A DNA stretch of 64,000 bases from Candidatus Saccharimonadales bacterium (GCA_041751215.1 JBGSXW010000005.1:195664-259663), one strand, 5' to 3'; shown: positions 1 to 8,017, counted from the first letter of the stretch. Made by a program: numbers and translations. Notes: generated by a model not told the origin, from the letters alone.

Positions 1-62
1 TCTGAGTTTCCGGCCTCGTAGACCTCAAATTCAAGCTGGATTGCTGTCTCTAGTCCTGGCAT
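1..62 (-). CDS. N-terminal fragment of an unidentified CDS that runs off the window edge
   Basis: ATG (rc of 60..62) has GGAG 6 nt upstream. The frame stays open to position 1 (MPGLETAIQLEFEVYEAGNS...). Only about 20 codons are visible, so no family can be assigned. Confidence 0.3.
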   Translation of the reverse strand, partial: MPGLETAIQLEFEVYEAGNS

Positions 63-203
63 CGCTTACTCCTGTCATCTTATTAAACATCAACGGCCTA
101 AATAATCAAGCAAATGCGGTTTGGTTTAAAATACATCGACACTACTTAAGCTTGCAAAGTTAAGCCATAGTAATAGAATATAGTCAACTAAACTGAGCTT
201 AAT

Positions 204-1040
204 GTGAATGCCCCGAAGAACATCGTATTAGTAAGACACATGCAGTCAGAAGGCAATAAGGCTCGCCAAGATGTAATTGTCAGTGGTAGTGAGGGGAGAT
301 TTACGCAGAAGTTCGAGAACGCCTCAGGTCGATACTGGGACTTAACCCCCGAAGGCCATCGGCAGGCCAAGCTAGTTGGAGCCACAGTGGTCAAGCATGT
401 TGCTCCAAAATTCGATGCATATTACGTCTCACCGGCAGTCAGGGCGGGGTTATCTGCTCATGGCATGAACTTACCTGGAGCCAGCTGGGTGGTCGATCGG
501 CGTCTGCGCGAGCGTGACTACGGAGAGATTGAAACCATGGCGCCCACAAAGATTGAATCCGAGTACCCGAGATACGCCGTACTTAGAAAGACAGACTCTT
601 TGTACGCCCGCCCGCCAGGGGGAGAGTCAATGGCTGAGGTCATGGATCGTTTTGAGGGCTTTTTATCGCATCTTCACAGCGAGCACTGCGGAGACGACGT
701 GCTAATTGTTACGCATGGCGACTTGCTGTGGTCGGCTCGAGGCATATTTGAGAGTCTTACCGACGACCAATGGGAGGAGCTTTACGACGACGCCGATGGC
801 CGTATCAGAAACGGGCAGGTGCTTCATTACTCCCGCGTTAATCCCGAGACTGGTGAGGTGGAGGATTTGATCAACTGGTTCAGAACTATTCACTACGAAA
901 CTGGCGTAACAGATTGGCAGCACATACGTCCGCTAACCTACACCAACGGTGAGCTGCTTGAGCACATGGAAAAGTTACTCGATCGCCATAACCCCTCAGC
1001 TCAAACTGTCAGCGACACAGACCAAGGTCAATTGCAGTAA
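204..1040 (+). CDS. histidine phosphatase (phosphoglycerate-mutase-like) family protein
   Basis: The 278-aa ORF has an N-terminal VLVRHMQSEGN (RHG-type phosphohistidine motif). A later LIVTHGDLL supplies the second catalytic His. GTG start. Confidence 0.75.
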   Translation: MNAPKNIVLVRHMQSEGNKARQDVIVSGSEGRFTQKFENASGRYWDLTPEGHRQAKLVGATVVKHVAPKFDAYYVSPAVRAGLSAHGMNLPGASWVVDRRLRERDYGEIETMAPTKIESEYPRYAVLRKTDSLYARPPGGESMAEVMDRFEGFLSHLHSEHCGDDVLIVTHGDLLWSARGIFESLTDDQWEELYDDADGRIRNGQVLHYSRVNPETGEVEDLINWFRTIHYETGVTDWQHIRPLTYTNGELLEHMEKLLDRHNPSAQTVSDTDQGQLQ

Positions 1041-1082
1041 TCGGCGCAGTTTAACCGCAAAAGTATTATAATATCGATAGAT

Positions 1083-1472
1083 ATGAAGAAAATTTTGTTA
1101 ATCGCACTGCCCTTTGTTCTGCTTTTTCCACTTATCGTCCCAGCGCCCGTAGCCGAGGGGGCGGGGAAGTTTAAGTTTGCTTACAGTCAAGTGACTCCAA
1201 AAGTACCTTGCCAAAATTCGACCGTTACTTACAAGGCACGAATCGTTAAAAACCAGAAGCCTATAAGCGGGATAAACATAAAATTTAAGGTTTACTATAA
1301 GACCACAACCACGCGATATTCGACTGTCAAAACTAACAAGCAAGGGGTCGTAACTAAAAAATTCCGGATCGGCCGGGCTACGCCAAACTATCAAGTCAAA
1401 GTAGTGAGCGAAGCCAAAAAGAATGGCCAAATCTTTAAAGACAGCACAACTTTTAGACCAAAAAGTTGTTAG
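1083..1472 (+). CDS. small secreted protein, unknown function
   Basis: 129 aa with an N-terminal signal-peptide-like segment (MKKILLIALPFVLLFPLIVPAPVAEG) and a Lys/Thr-rich beta-type body. TATAAT lies at 1067..1072. No family recognised. Confidence 0.55.
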   Translation: MKKILLIALPFVLLFPLIVPAPVAEGAGKFKFAYSQVTPKVPCQNSTVTYKARIVKNQKPISGINIKFKVYYKTTTTRYSTVKTNKQGVVTKKFRIGRATPNYQVKVVSEAKKNGQIFKDSTTFRPKSC

Positions 1473-1496
1473 ATTTAGCGCTCGGTAAACGATTAT

Positions 1497-1955
1497 CTAA
1501 AAGTCAGCAATAACCAGTTTTTTCATCTTCATCATATTGGCGAAGGCGTTTGGTCTTTTCATTAGTTCTTCTATGTTTTCTGGAACTACTTGCCAGCTTA
1601 GGCCGAACTTATCTTTGCACCAGCCGCACTGCTCATTTTCTGTACCTGAAGACAGTCGCTCCCAGTAGTAGTCAATTTCTTCTTGATCTTTGCAGGGGAT
1701 CACAAAGGATACAGCTTCGGTGAACTTAAATTCTGGACCAGCGTTAATCGCGGTAAAGCTGTTGCCGCTTAGTTCAAAGTCAATTGTCAGAACCTTGCCA
1801 GCTAAGTCTTTTTGAAAGTCCGCCAAGCCATCGGCTTCACTTTTTGGGTAGTAAACAGTTGCGACAATCTTCGAATCCGGAAAAACCGACAGATAAAAGT
1901 CTACGGCTTCCTGCGCGTTGCCGTTGAACCATAAGTTAGGTGTGATTTTCTTCAT
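1497..1955 (-). CDS. PhnB/YjdN-like VOC (glyoxalase-fold) family protein with a 3-demethylubiquinone-9 3-methyltransferase-type domain
   Basis: 152 aa. ITPNLWFNGNAQEAVDFYLSVFPDSKI and CGWCKDKFGLSWQV are typical of this family. AGGAGG lies 9 nt upstream of the ATG. Confidence 0.75.
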   Translation of the reverse strand: MKKITPNLWFNGNAQEAVDFYLSVFPDSKIVATVYYPKSEADGLADFQKDLAGKVLTIDFELSGNSFTAINAGPEFKFTEAVSFVIPCKDQEEIDYYWERLSSGTENEQCGWCKDKFGLSWQVVPENIEELMKRPNAFANMMKMKKLVIADF

Positions 1956-2060
1956 TGCTGAGCGCCTCCTATTTTATTCATTATCTCACAAAACCTTGGT
2001 GTAGCTATGACTTGAGCCGCCATAGGAGGATGAGCAAAGTGCGCGGCTAGAAGTCGGTAT

Positions 2061-2825
2061 TTATGGCCGCAGCGTTCCTGCAAAAACCTGCCAAGCCAAT
2101 AATGACTTAGCGACCAGACTCAGAACAATATAAGCGTATTCACCGTAGATATAGTTTTTCCAGCGCCCAACCTGTTTGTACTGGAGCGCCATATTAATTG
2201 CAAAGCAGTTAAAGAAAAGGAATATGGATACAAATATCCAGTAAACAAACGTCGGCGCACTACTACCGTTGCTCGAGCCTAGCCAAAGGTAAAATGCGAT
2301 TACCAGCCAAGGGACAGCTCCTGCTAGACACCCAACCCAATAACTCAGCCAGTTCGTCTTTTTTGTTGATTGATTGTGAACTTCCATGACAAGTCCTAGT
2401 AAGTTCATAACTGCAACCAACGCAAACAACATCAAAAGACTCATGGCATCGTATACCCCAACAAGCAGGGCAATTGCGACGATCATGACACTTGCTGAGA
2501 GCGAGTACTCAACCCAGCGCGCAACGTTCATGCCGCGCGCAAGCTGCTCGTTATACTTCTTGTTATAAACAGTAGCGATACTAAAGTGCGCAGCCGAAGA
2601 CAAAAACAAAAAGATAGCGATTAAAATAGGTAGTGAAATATCAAAAAGAATCGTTGTTGCTGGCTCCAGAGTTTCGCTTGCCTGGTTGTATTCAAGAAAA
2701 CTACCGCTAACCGGAAGGGTAAAACTTTTGCTGAGCACAAGAATGGCAAAGCCCTGAACAAGGTGTAAAAACCCCGCAATAATATTAAGTTTGCGCAAGG
2801 ACGCTGGGTTAGGTGAGGTTTTCAT
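2061..2825 (-). CDS. heliorhodopsin (7-TM retinal protein)
   Basis: 254 aa with 7 predicted TM segments. It aligns by eye along its whole length with characterised heliorhodopsins. Shared motifs are GFLHLVQ, AAHFS, RWVEYSLSASVMIV (counter-ion Glu), FLFFNCFA, and C-terminal YIVLSLVAKSLLAWQVFAGTL with the Schiff-base Lys (K240 of this ORF). The promoter is leaderless: TATAGT (rc 2832..2837), 6 nt, then ATG. Confidence 0.85.
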   Translation of the reverse strand: MKTSPNPASLRKLNIIAGFLHLVQGFAILVLSKSFTLPVSGSFLEYNQASETLEPATTILFDISLPILIAIFLFLSSAAHFSIATVYNKKYNEQLARGMNVARWVEYSLSASVMIVAIALLVGVYDAMSLLMLFALVAVMNLLGLVMEVHNQSTKKTNWLSYWVGCLAGAVPWLVIAFYLWLGSSNGSSAPTFVYWIFVSIFLFFNCFAINMALQYKQVGRWKNYIYGEYAYIVLSLVAKSLLAWQVFAGTLRP

Positions 2826-2892
2826 ACTTAAACTATAGCACTGAGTTTGGGTGCGCTTTATATAACGGTGCAGCCTAAGGTAATATGTGTTT

Positions 2893-3204
2893 ATGGCTCA
2901 AAAAACAATTTCTGCCGGTGTCGCGCACAAACTTCCAGACGATATGAAGAGTGCTCTTAATTCTGCGCCAAAAGCCCTAAAAGCCTGGGAAAGCCTTACA
3001 CCGCTTGCTCGCAATGAGTGGATTTGCTGGAATATTACCGTCAAACAAGCCCACACAAGAGAAAACCACATCAAGCGAACAATCACAGAATTACAAGAAG
3101 GTAAGCGCCGGCCTTGTTGCTGGCTGGGTTGTATTCACCGAACCGATAAGCCAATAAACGCAACTCAAAAATGGATGCTGAGTAGGCAAAAGAAGAGTAG
3201 TTAG
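2893..3204 (+). CDS. YdeI/OmpD-associated (OmdA-domain) family protein
   Basis: LTPLARNEWICWNITVKQAHTRENHIKRTITELQEGKRRPCCW resembles the YdeI/OmdA domain. The ORF track starts at GTG 2887. TAATAT (2881..2886)-N6-ATG 2893 fits the leaderless pattern better. Confidence 0.55.
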   Translation: MAQKTISAGVAHKLPDDMKSALNSAPKALKAWESLTPLARNEWICWNITVKQAHTRENHIKRTITELQEGKRRPCCWLGCIHRTDKPINATQKWMLSRQKKSS

Positions 3205-3207
3205 AAA

Positions 3208-3789
3208 CTAACTAATCTGTAGTTTAAAGTCTTTGGTGCCGTCAATAACGATGTCGGAGGTTTCTAGCGGGCGAAACTTTTTAATATGGGCGTCCTCTGC
3301 TGGTTGCCAAACTTCCTTCCACGATCTATAGCCTTGCTCTAAGGGCATTTCGTCCCTTTCTTGCCCGCGCTGCAAGGCCAAGTCGGCAGGTGCCTCTACC
3401 CAGATTTTAATATCCCAGTCTAGATCAACGGCAAATATCAAGTTTCGTTCAATTATCAAACCGTCACCGATAGTTAACTGTCTTTCTGTGATATGTGGGG
3501 TTTTGTGCCAGTCGTACGGTCGGTAAGCGATAGAGCGCTCGTGCTTTTGTAAGTGCGATACGACATCATTATGGAATCGTTCGTCGTTAAACGAACCAAA
3601 GGCGATGGTATTTTCGTCTGGCTCAAAGTAATCATCACCATTAATTACGGTAAAGTTTGGCAGAATCTTGGTTACGTACTCTGTGAGAGTAGTTTTTCCT
3701 GCCCCGCCCCGACCATCAATAGCAACCAGATAGTACTTGCCATTTTTGGGCGGGTTTTTGTGTATAGTCTTTTTTAAGTCAGTAGCCAT
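3208..3789 (-). CDS. P-loop NTPase/kinase (uridine-kinase-like)
   Basis: Walker A is LVAIDGRGGAGKTTL. The start was moved from 3813 to the ATG at 3789, which is preceded by TATTAT-N6 (rc 3796..3801). Confidence 0.6.
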   Translation of the reverse strand: MATDLKKTIHKNPPKNGKYYLVAIDGRGGAGKTTLTEYVTKILPNFTVINGDDYFEPDENTIAFGSFNDERFHNDVVSHLQKHERSIAYRPYDWHKTPHITERQLTIGDGLIIERNLIFAVDLDWDIKIWVEAPADLALQRGQERDEMPLEQGYRSWKEVWQPAEDAHIKKFRPLETSDIVIDGTKDFKLQIS

Positions 3790-3847
3790 TGGGTAATAAT
3801 AACAAAAAGGCATTTCTGCTCGTTCATGGTCTTGTGTGTTTGAGTGA

Positions 3848-4117
3848 CTACTCCGGTCGATAATTTTTGACTACTTGTTGCGCGTTGATGCCGTTGACCA
3901 AATTTGTAAATCCCATTCCTTTCAGGATTTGAATAGACGTATTAGAGCGGCTCCCGGACCTACAGTAAACAATAATCTCGGTGTCTCTATCAATGCTCTC
4001 AAGTTCAGGTGGATTTGAAAGTATTGCGGTTGGAGGAATATTAATCGCACCGCCTACGTGGCCTGACTCGAACTCAAACGGTTCTCGTACATCAATAATT
4101 AACCGGCTTAACTTCAT
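3848..4117 (-). CDS. rhodanese-domain sulfurtransferase (single domain)
   Basis: IIDVREPFEFESGHVGGAINIP together with the active-site loop VYCRSGSRS. The start was moved to ATG 4117 (MKLSRLIIDV), preceded by TATAAT-N6 (rc 4124..4129). The longer ORF to 4210 would overlap the tRNA-like gene. Confidence 0.8.
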   Translation of the reverse strand: MKLSRLIIDVREPFEFESGHVGGAINIPPTAILSNPPELESIDRDTEIIVYCRSGSRSNTSIQILKGMGFTNLVNGINAQQVVKNYRPE

Positions 4118-4182
4118 GCCTCTATTATAATCCTCACCAAGATATAGAAAAAGCAGCAACCAAATGGCTACTGCTTTTTCTA

Positions 4183-4317
4183 TGGCTCCGGGGAAAGGAT
4201 AATCGCACATTTCCTCACGTGCTCTCCGCCTAAGGCGGATGCGCGCGCTCGTTATGACCGAACCTTCGACCTAGTGGTTAACAGCCACCCGTCCGCCAAC
4301 TGGCGGACTACCCCGGA
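4183..4317 (-). pseudogene. tRNA-Asn(GUU)-like gene with about 55 nt inserted in the T arm (interrupted or degenerate tRNA)
   Basis: On the minus strand the acceptor is TCCGGGG/CCCCGGA followed by G and CCA. The D arm is GTCC-GCCAGTTGGC-GGAC. The anticodon arm is GGTGG-CTGTTAA-CCACT (GUU). T stem GAAGG/CCTTT is split by about 55 nt that contains the hairpin TCCGCC-TTA-GGCGGA. Total length is 135 nt. Confidence 0.45.
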
Positions 4318-4331
4318 TTATTAACAATTCT

Positions 4332-4406
4332 TGGCTCCGGAGGCCGGACTCGAACCGGCAGCCCTCTGATTAACAGTCAGATGCTCTACCATTGAGCTAC
4401 TCCGGA
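4332..4406 (-). tRNA. tRNA-Asn (anticodon GUU)
   Basis: A manual 75-nt cloverleaf reads TCCGGAG TA GCTC AATGGTA GAGC A TCTGA CTGTTAA TCAGA GGGCT GCCGG TTCGAGT CCGGC CTCCGGA G CCA. Confidence 0.9.
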
Positions 4407-4657
4407 TTACCAGAATTGTTAATAATTCCTTTTACGAACTGTCGTCCTCTGAAGCTTTTGAGTTGATTTTCGCGCTGTATGGCTGCCTGGCGGGTAGGTT
4501 GTTCTTCTTGATAGATTAACGTCCAGTTGCCCTTTTGCGCCGTGAAATGTTTTTCGCGCTTTGCCCTATGTTCGGATAGACGACGTTCAATGTTTGAGGT
4601 CTGACCGATATAAATGCTTTGCGTTAGGTCATTGTATATAACGTAAACAATAAACAT
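4397..4657 (-). CDS. GIY-YIG nuclease family protein (small stand-alone type)
   Basis: 86 aa. VYVIYNDLTQSIYIGQTSNIERRLSEH gives the GIY...YIG and Arg motifs, and a later RENQLK supplies the Glu. The last 10 nt including the TAG stop lie inside the 5' end of tRNA-Asn. Confidence 0.8.
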   Translation of the reverse strand: MFIVYVIYNDLTQSIYIGQTSNIERRLSEHRAKREKHFTAQKGNWTLIYQEEQPTRQAAIQRENQLKSFRGRQFVKGIINNSGNPE

Positions 4658-4671
4658 TTAGTAATTTTACG

Positions 4672-4705
4672 GCCACCTGTCCGCCAACTGGCGGACTACC
4701 CCGAT
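4672..4705 (-). repeat. orphan copy of the variant tRNA-Asn 5' half (acceptor 5' strand, D arm and 5' anticodon stem)
   Basis: The minus strand reads ATCGGGGTAGTCCGCCAGTTGGCGGACAGGTGGC. It is near-identical to 4317..4284 and diverges exactly at the start of the anticodon loop. The GIY-YIG ATG follows 12 nt downstream. Confidence 0.6.
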
Positions 4706-4726
4706 TTCTAATGTGCGTCCAAGGCT

Positions 4727-4761
4727 AGCCACCCGTCCGCCAACTGGCGGACTACCCCGGA
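4727..4761 (-). repeat. orphan copy of the variant tRNA-Asn 5' half
   Basis: The minus strand reads TCCGGGGTAGTCCGCCAGTTGGCGGACGGGTGGCT. It is identical to 4317..4283 and then diverges at anticodon-loop position 33/34. Confidence 0.6.
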
Positions 4762-4863
4762 TTACGCTAGCTAATTGTAATCGTAACCAGCTGAGGAGTA
4801 AACAGGAAAGAAAACTTGCATTGACTGATATAATTACAAGCATAAGCAGAGTCAACACAAGAT

Positions 4864-5391
4864 ATGCGCGACGATCAACACGGCTTTACTATTATCGAAG
4901 TCGTGCTGGTATTGGCTGTTGCCGGCTTGATTTTTCTGATCGTGTTCGTGGCTTTACCTCAGTTGCAGCGTGCTCGGCGCGACACTCAGCGCAAATCACA
5001 TCTAGGTCAGGTCGCCGGAGCAATTGAATCATTTGCATCAAATAATCGTGGGCTATATCCGACGACCTCAGCCGGTACGTTTGATGACTTTGTAGATGGG
5101 GTAGAAGCGAACTTCATAAGTCCCAGCACTGGTCTTCCGTACGACTATCACTATCGAAGCGTTTCGGGAGCTTGGACTGCCAACACTTCGCCCGACGAGA
5201 TTTATATGGATGGGAGCAACGCTCGTTGTCGTGATCCCGGCGAAGTCCCGATTGGCTCGGAATATAATCCATTTGAATACTTCGATGAAGATCAGCAAGA
5301 TCACCGAAGTCTTGCATCTTTTGCGGTGGTAATTGGATTAGAAACTGGCGGCTGGTACTGCCTAGACAACAGCGGCCCGCAGCTGCCTTAG
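4864..5391 (+). CDS. type IV pilin-like protein with a prepilin-type N-terminal cleavage/methylation domain
   Basis: MRDDQHG|FTIIEVVLVLAVAGLIFLIV shows the G-F-T-x-x-E prepilin motif followed by a hydrophobic helix. 175 aa. Confidence 0.8.
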   Translation: MRDDQHGFTIIEVVLVLAVAGLIFLIVFVALPQLQRARRDTQRKSHLGQVAGAIESFASNNRGLYPTTSAGTFDDFVDGVEANFISPSTGLPYDYHYRSVSGAWTANTSPDEIYMDGSNARCRDPGEVPIGSEYNPFEYFDEDQQDHRSLASFAVVIGLETGGWYCLDNSGPQLP

Positions 5392-5459
5392 CATTATTTA
5401 GTTGACCGAGTTGAGCTAGTTGCCTAAAGTAATGGGTAATTAAGCGTAAGCAAAAAACA

Positions 5460-6431
5460 ATGGATCCAAACAATCAAACCCCTGCGCCGCTAACACCGGA
5501 GCCTCAACAGCCAATGCAACCGCAGCAGCAACCGGCTTCGCCGCCAGATTTTTCTCAAGCTCCACAACCGATGCCTCCACAGGCACCAGCAGCACCTCAA
5601 CCAATGGGAGTCCAGCAGCCTCCAACCCAACAGGTGGATTCGTTTAATCAGCCTCAGGCAACTCCTCCTCAGCCTATGCCCTTGCCTCAGCCGGTCATGC
5701 CGCCACAGCCACCAGCCCCAATGCAACCCCAGCAACCCCCGCAACCATTTACGCCTGATCCGCTGCCGATGGCTCCAGCGCCAAGCAGTGGCGGACTCGG
5801 TAAAATGCCCTTTATCATCGGTGGGGCAGTGCTTTTACTGATTGTCATTGCCTTGGCGGTGTTCTTTTTAGTATTTCAGTCCGATGACTCATCCGGAAGC
5901 TCAAATAGCGAACAACCAGCTACTACAACTACCGATGAATCAACCGACCCAATCGAAGAAGAGCCCGAACCAACCAGCCACTTTATTTCCCAGCCTTGCT
6001 TTACATTCGAAATGCCTCTAGAGGTAAAACCAGACGAAAAAGCTCAGCGCTGTCGAGCACGGGCCTTAGGTCCGCTGGTGTTTGAGATTGTCTTGAATGT
6101 AGATGGCCGGAATTTTGTCGGCGCTAGAAATACTCCCAAGGCCATAATTGATGACTGGATGAACACCAAACAGCGATCGTCGTTCACAAGAACTTTAAGT
6201 AAAAAAACCATTAGTCTTGACGGCATGAAGGCAATCGAGCTGATAGTTAATGATTCAATTTACAAGCGCAAGGATTTTTTCATCGCCGTTGATGTATCCA
6301 AGAAGAACTACCGCAACAACCGCGGAGCAAAGATACCGGTGATGATCATTAACGGTGTTTATGATGACCCTGACCAGCCTGAATTAAAGAAAATTCTGCC
6401 ACTACTTAAACAAACCTGGACCTGGAAGTAG
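5460..6431 (+). CDS. Pro/Gln-rich membrane-anchored protein, unknown function
   Basis: 323 aa. The first ~110 aa are a P/Q-rich low-complexity region. A single TM segment (MPFIIGGAVLLLIVIALAVFFLVF) and an acidic S/T linker follow. The globular C-terminal domain has no motif I recognise. Confidence 0.5.
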   Translation: MDPNNQTPAPLTPEPQQPMQPQQQPASPPDFSQAPQPMPPQAPAAPQPMGVQQPPTQQVDSFNQPQATPPQPMPLPQPVMPPQPPAPMQPQQPPQPFTPDPLPMAPAPSSGGLGKMPFIIGGAVLLLIVIALAVFFLVFQSDDSSGSSNSEQPATTTTDESTDPIEEEPEPTSHFISQPCFTFEMPLEVKPDEKAQRCRARALGPLVFEIVLNVDGRNFVGARNTPKAIIDDWMNTKQRSSFTRTLSKKTISLDGMKAIELIVNDSIYKRKDFFIAVDVSKKNYRNNRGAKIPVMIINGVYDDPDQPELKKILPLLKQTWTWK

Positions 6432-6523
6432 CTCAAACCGAACGTCATTGCGATGACTTAAAACATGCTTTATCCGAGCAGTGTTTAAGTGTATACTTAA
6501 ACATATACGAGAGGATGGTTTAA

Positions 6524-7078
6524 GTGAACGAAATAAACATATTAGTAATAGAAGGCACAAAACGAGTAAAGCGAGAATCGATCAAAGTTGCGAGATTGAT
6601 CGAGAAAATCGGCCAAGAAATTGACGGCGTAACTGTTAAGTTTGCTGATCCTAACGATTTTAACCTCGAGGGTGACGGAAACGACCCCGAAGGCAAGGAC
6701 GCCAAGTACACCGAGCTTACTAAGTGGGCAGACGGTTTCTTTATTGTTGTGCCAGAGTACAATCACAGCTTTCCGGGCACGCTAAAGCGACTACTTGATA
6801 GCGAACTAGCAACTTACAATCACAAGCCCGTAGCGTTTGCAGGAGTTTCGAGCGGCGCTTTTGGCGGAGTTCGAGCAATCGAAGCTCTGGCTACTGCGGT
6901 TAGAGAGCTTGGCTTAGTTGTTCTGGGATTTGACGTGCAAGTTCCGCGCGTTCAAGAGGCGTTTAATAAAGACGGAAGCGCCAAAGATCCAATGCTGGTT
7001 GCAAAGATTGGCCAGGTCTACAATGAGCTACTTTGGTTTGCCAGAATCCTCAAAGACGCTCGAGCCAAGCTAGACTAA
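6524..7078 (+). CDS. NAD(P)H-dependent FMN reductase family oxidoreductase
   Basis: 184 aa. VVPEYNHSFPGTLKRLLD and GVSSGAFGG are typical of the FMN_red family. GAGAGGA SD upstream. Confidence 0.8.
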   Translation: MNEINILVIEGTKRVKRESIKVARLIEKIGQEIDGVTVKFADPNDFNLEGDGNDPEGKDAKYTELTKWADGFFIVVPEYNHSFPGTLKRLLDSELATYNHKPVAFAGVSSGAFGGVRAIEALATAVRELGLVVLGFDVQVPRVQEAFNKDGSAKDPMLVAKIGQVYNELLWFARILKDARAKLD

Positions 7079-7085
7079 GATCTAA

Positions 7086-7622
7086 CTACTTTTTTGCCAG
7101 CTCTTTTTCTAAGGCAGCTTCTAGCTGATCGTTACTGATTGGTCTAAGCATTTTTGCCAGCTCTGGGTCGTCATCGAGGTTGATGCCGTTTTTATCTAGC
7201 AGAATCGCAAGCATTTTCATGACCTTGGTAATTTCGCCTTCGGCCATGGTGTTAATGTAGAGATCAACTTCTTCGCGAATTTCTGCGATTTTTGCTTCAC
7301 GGTTTTGCGATATTAAGACAATAATGGCTAAAAAGATGGCCTCTAAGGAAACTACCATCGTAAGTAGTCCAAACGGAAACGGATCAAAAGGTTCAACTCC
7401 AGGAATAATGTTTGTATTCCAAACAATCCAAACACTAAACCAAATAAAGTTTAGAGCCAAGAACCACACACTTCCAAACACGCCTGTCATCCAGTCGGCA
7501 AATTTTTCGGCTACGCTTCTACGAGCGTCGGCCTTAGCCTTGTAGGTCTTAATGGCCTGACGGCGACTTTTAATCTTGTCGTCGTGCGGAAAAAGGGAAA
7601 AGTTCATTATATTCATCTCCAT
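7086..7622 (-). CDS. DUF1003 family membrane protein
   Basis: ADWMTGVFGSVWFLALNFIWFSVWIVWN...PFDPFPFGLLTMVVSLEAIFLAIIVLISQNR matches my memory of the DUF1003 core. The C-terminus looks coiled-coil. Confidence 0.65.
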   Translation of the reverse strand: MEMNIMNFSLFPHDDKIKSRRQAIKTYKAKADARRSVAEKFADWMTGVFGSVWFLALNFIWFSVWIVWNTNIIPGVEPFDPFPFGLLTMVVSLEAIFLAIIVLISQNREAKIAEIREEVDLYINTMAEGEITKVMKMLAILLDKNGINLDDDPELAKMLRPISNDQLEAALEKELAKK

Positions 7623-7659
7623 TAGTATAAATCATTCGTGGTATTATGTAAGAACTTAA

Positions 7660-7830
7660 CAAATAGGCCTGAAGTAAGTGGAATTGGGTGTAAATCCCAG
7701 ACTGTGCCGCAACTGTAATCCCTGGTCCTTTTCAACATCAAGCGAGGTCACCCTGCTCGACGGCAAAGCCGTCAACTCTGGTGACTCATCGTCAGAAGCT
7801 CCGGTGCTCACCACACAATACGTCGAAAGT
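7660..7830 (+). promoter_or_regulatory. cobalamin (B12) riboswitch aptamer; the expression platform extends to about 8010
   Basis: GGAATTGGGTGTAAATCCCAGACTGTGCCGCAACTGTAA (7680..7718) matches the conserved core GGTGnnAAnTCCnnnnCnGnnCCGCnACTGTAA. The B12-box-like CGTCAGAAGCTCCGGTG lies at 7790..7806. Downstream, the hairpin ATCCCT...AGGGAT (7973..8010) can sequester the GGAGG SD of the 8018 ORF. A possible -10 (TATTAT) is at 7642..7647. Confidence 0.65.
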
Positions 7831-8017
7831 ATTGCTTGTGCGCTCCTCGTTTCTTCCTTGCGCTTGAAGCCGAAAAGACCCAGCATCCCAGGATGTTAGG
7901 GAAAGTCAGACACACGAACTAACAGGTTAAACTCCCGAGCAGGAGGAAACAAGGTGGCTTTGTCGCCTTTATATCCCTTTTTGCTCGAGAAGTCTCGAAG
8001 TAGGAGGGATTTTTAAG

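Noticed and set aside
4183-4761. Three ~35-nt identical repeats considered as a mini CRISPR array.
   Set aside because: There are only three copies, with irregular spacing (17 nt and ~350 nt). The repeats are tRNA 5' halves, and there are no cas genes.
5440-5744. Antisense ORFs 5440..5625 and 5490..5744 opposite the P/Q-rich region.
   Set aside because: They are artefacts of low-complexity CAG/CCN repeats (Leu/Arg/Trp-rich mirror frames).
7656-7899. ORFs 7656..7886 (-) and 7678..7899 (+).
   Set aside because: They lie entirely within the cobalamin riboswitch region. They have no SD or motif, and the sequence is better explained as structured RNA.
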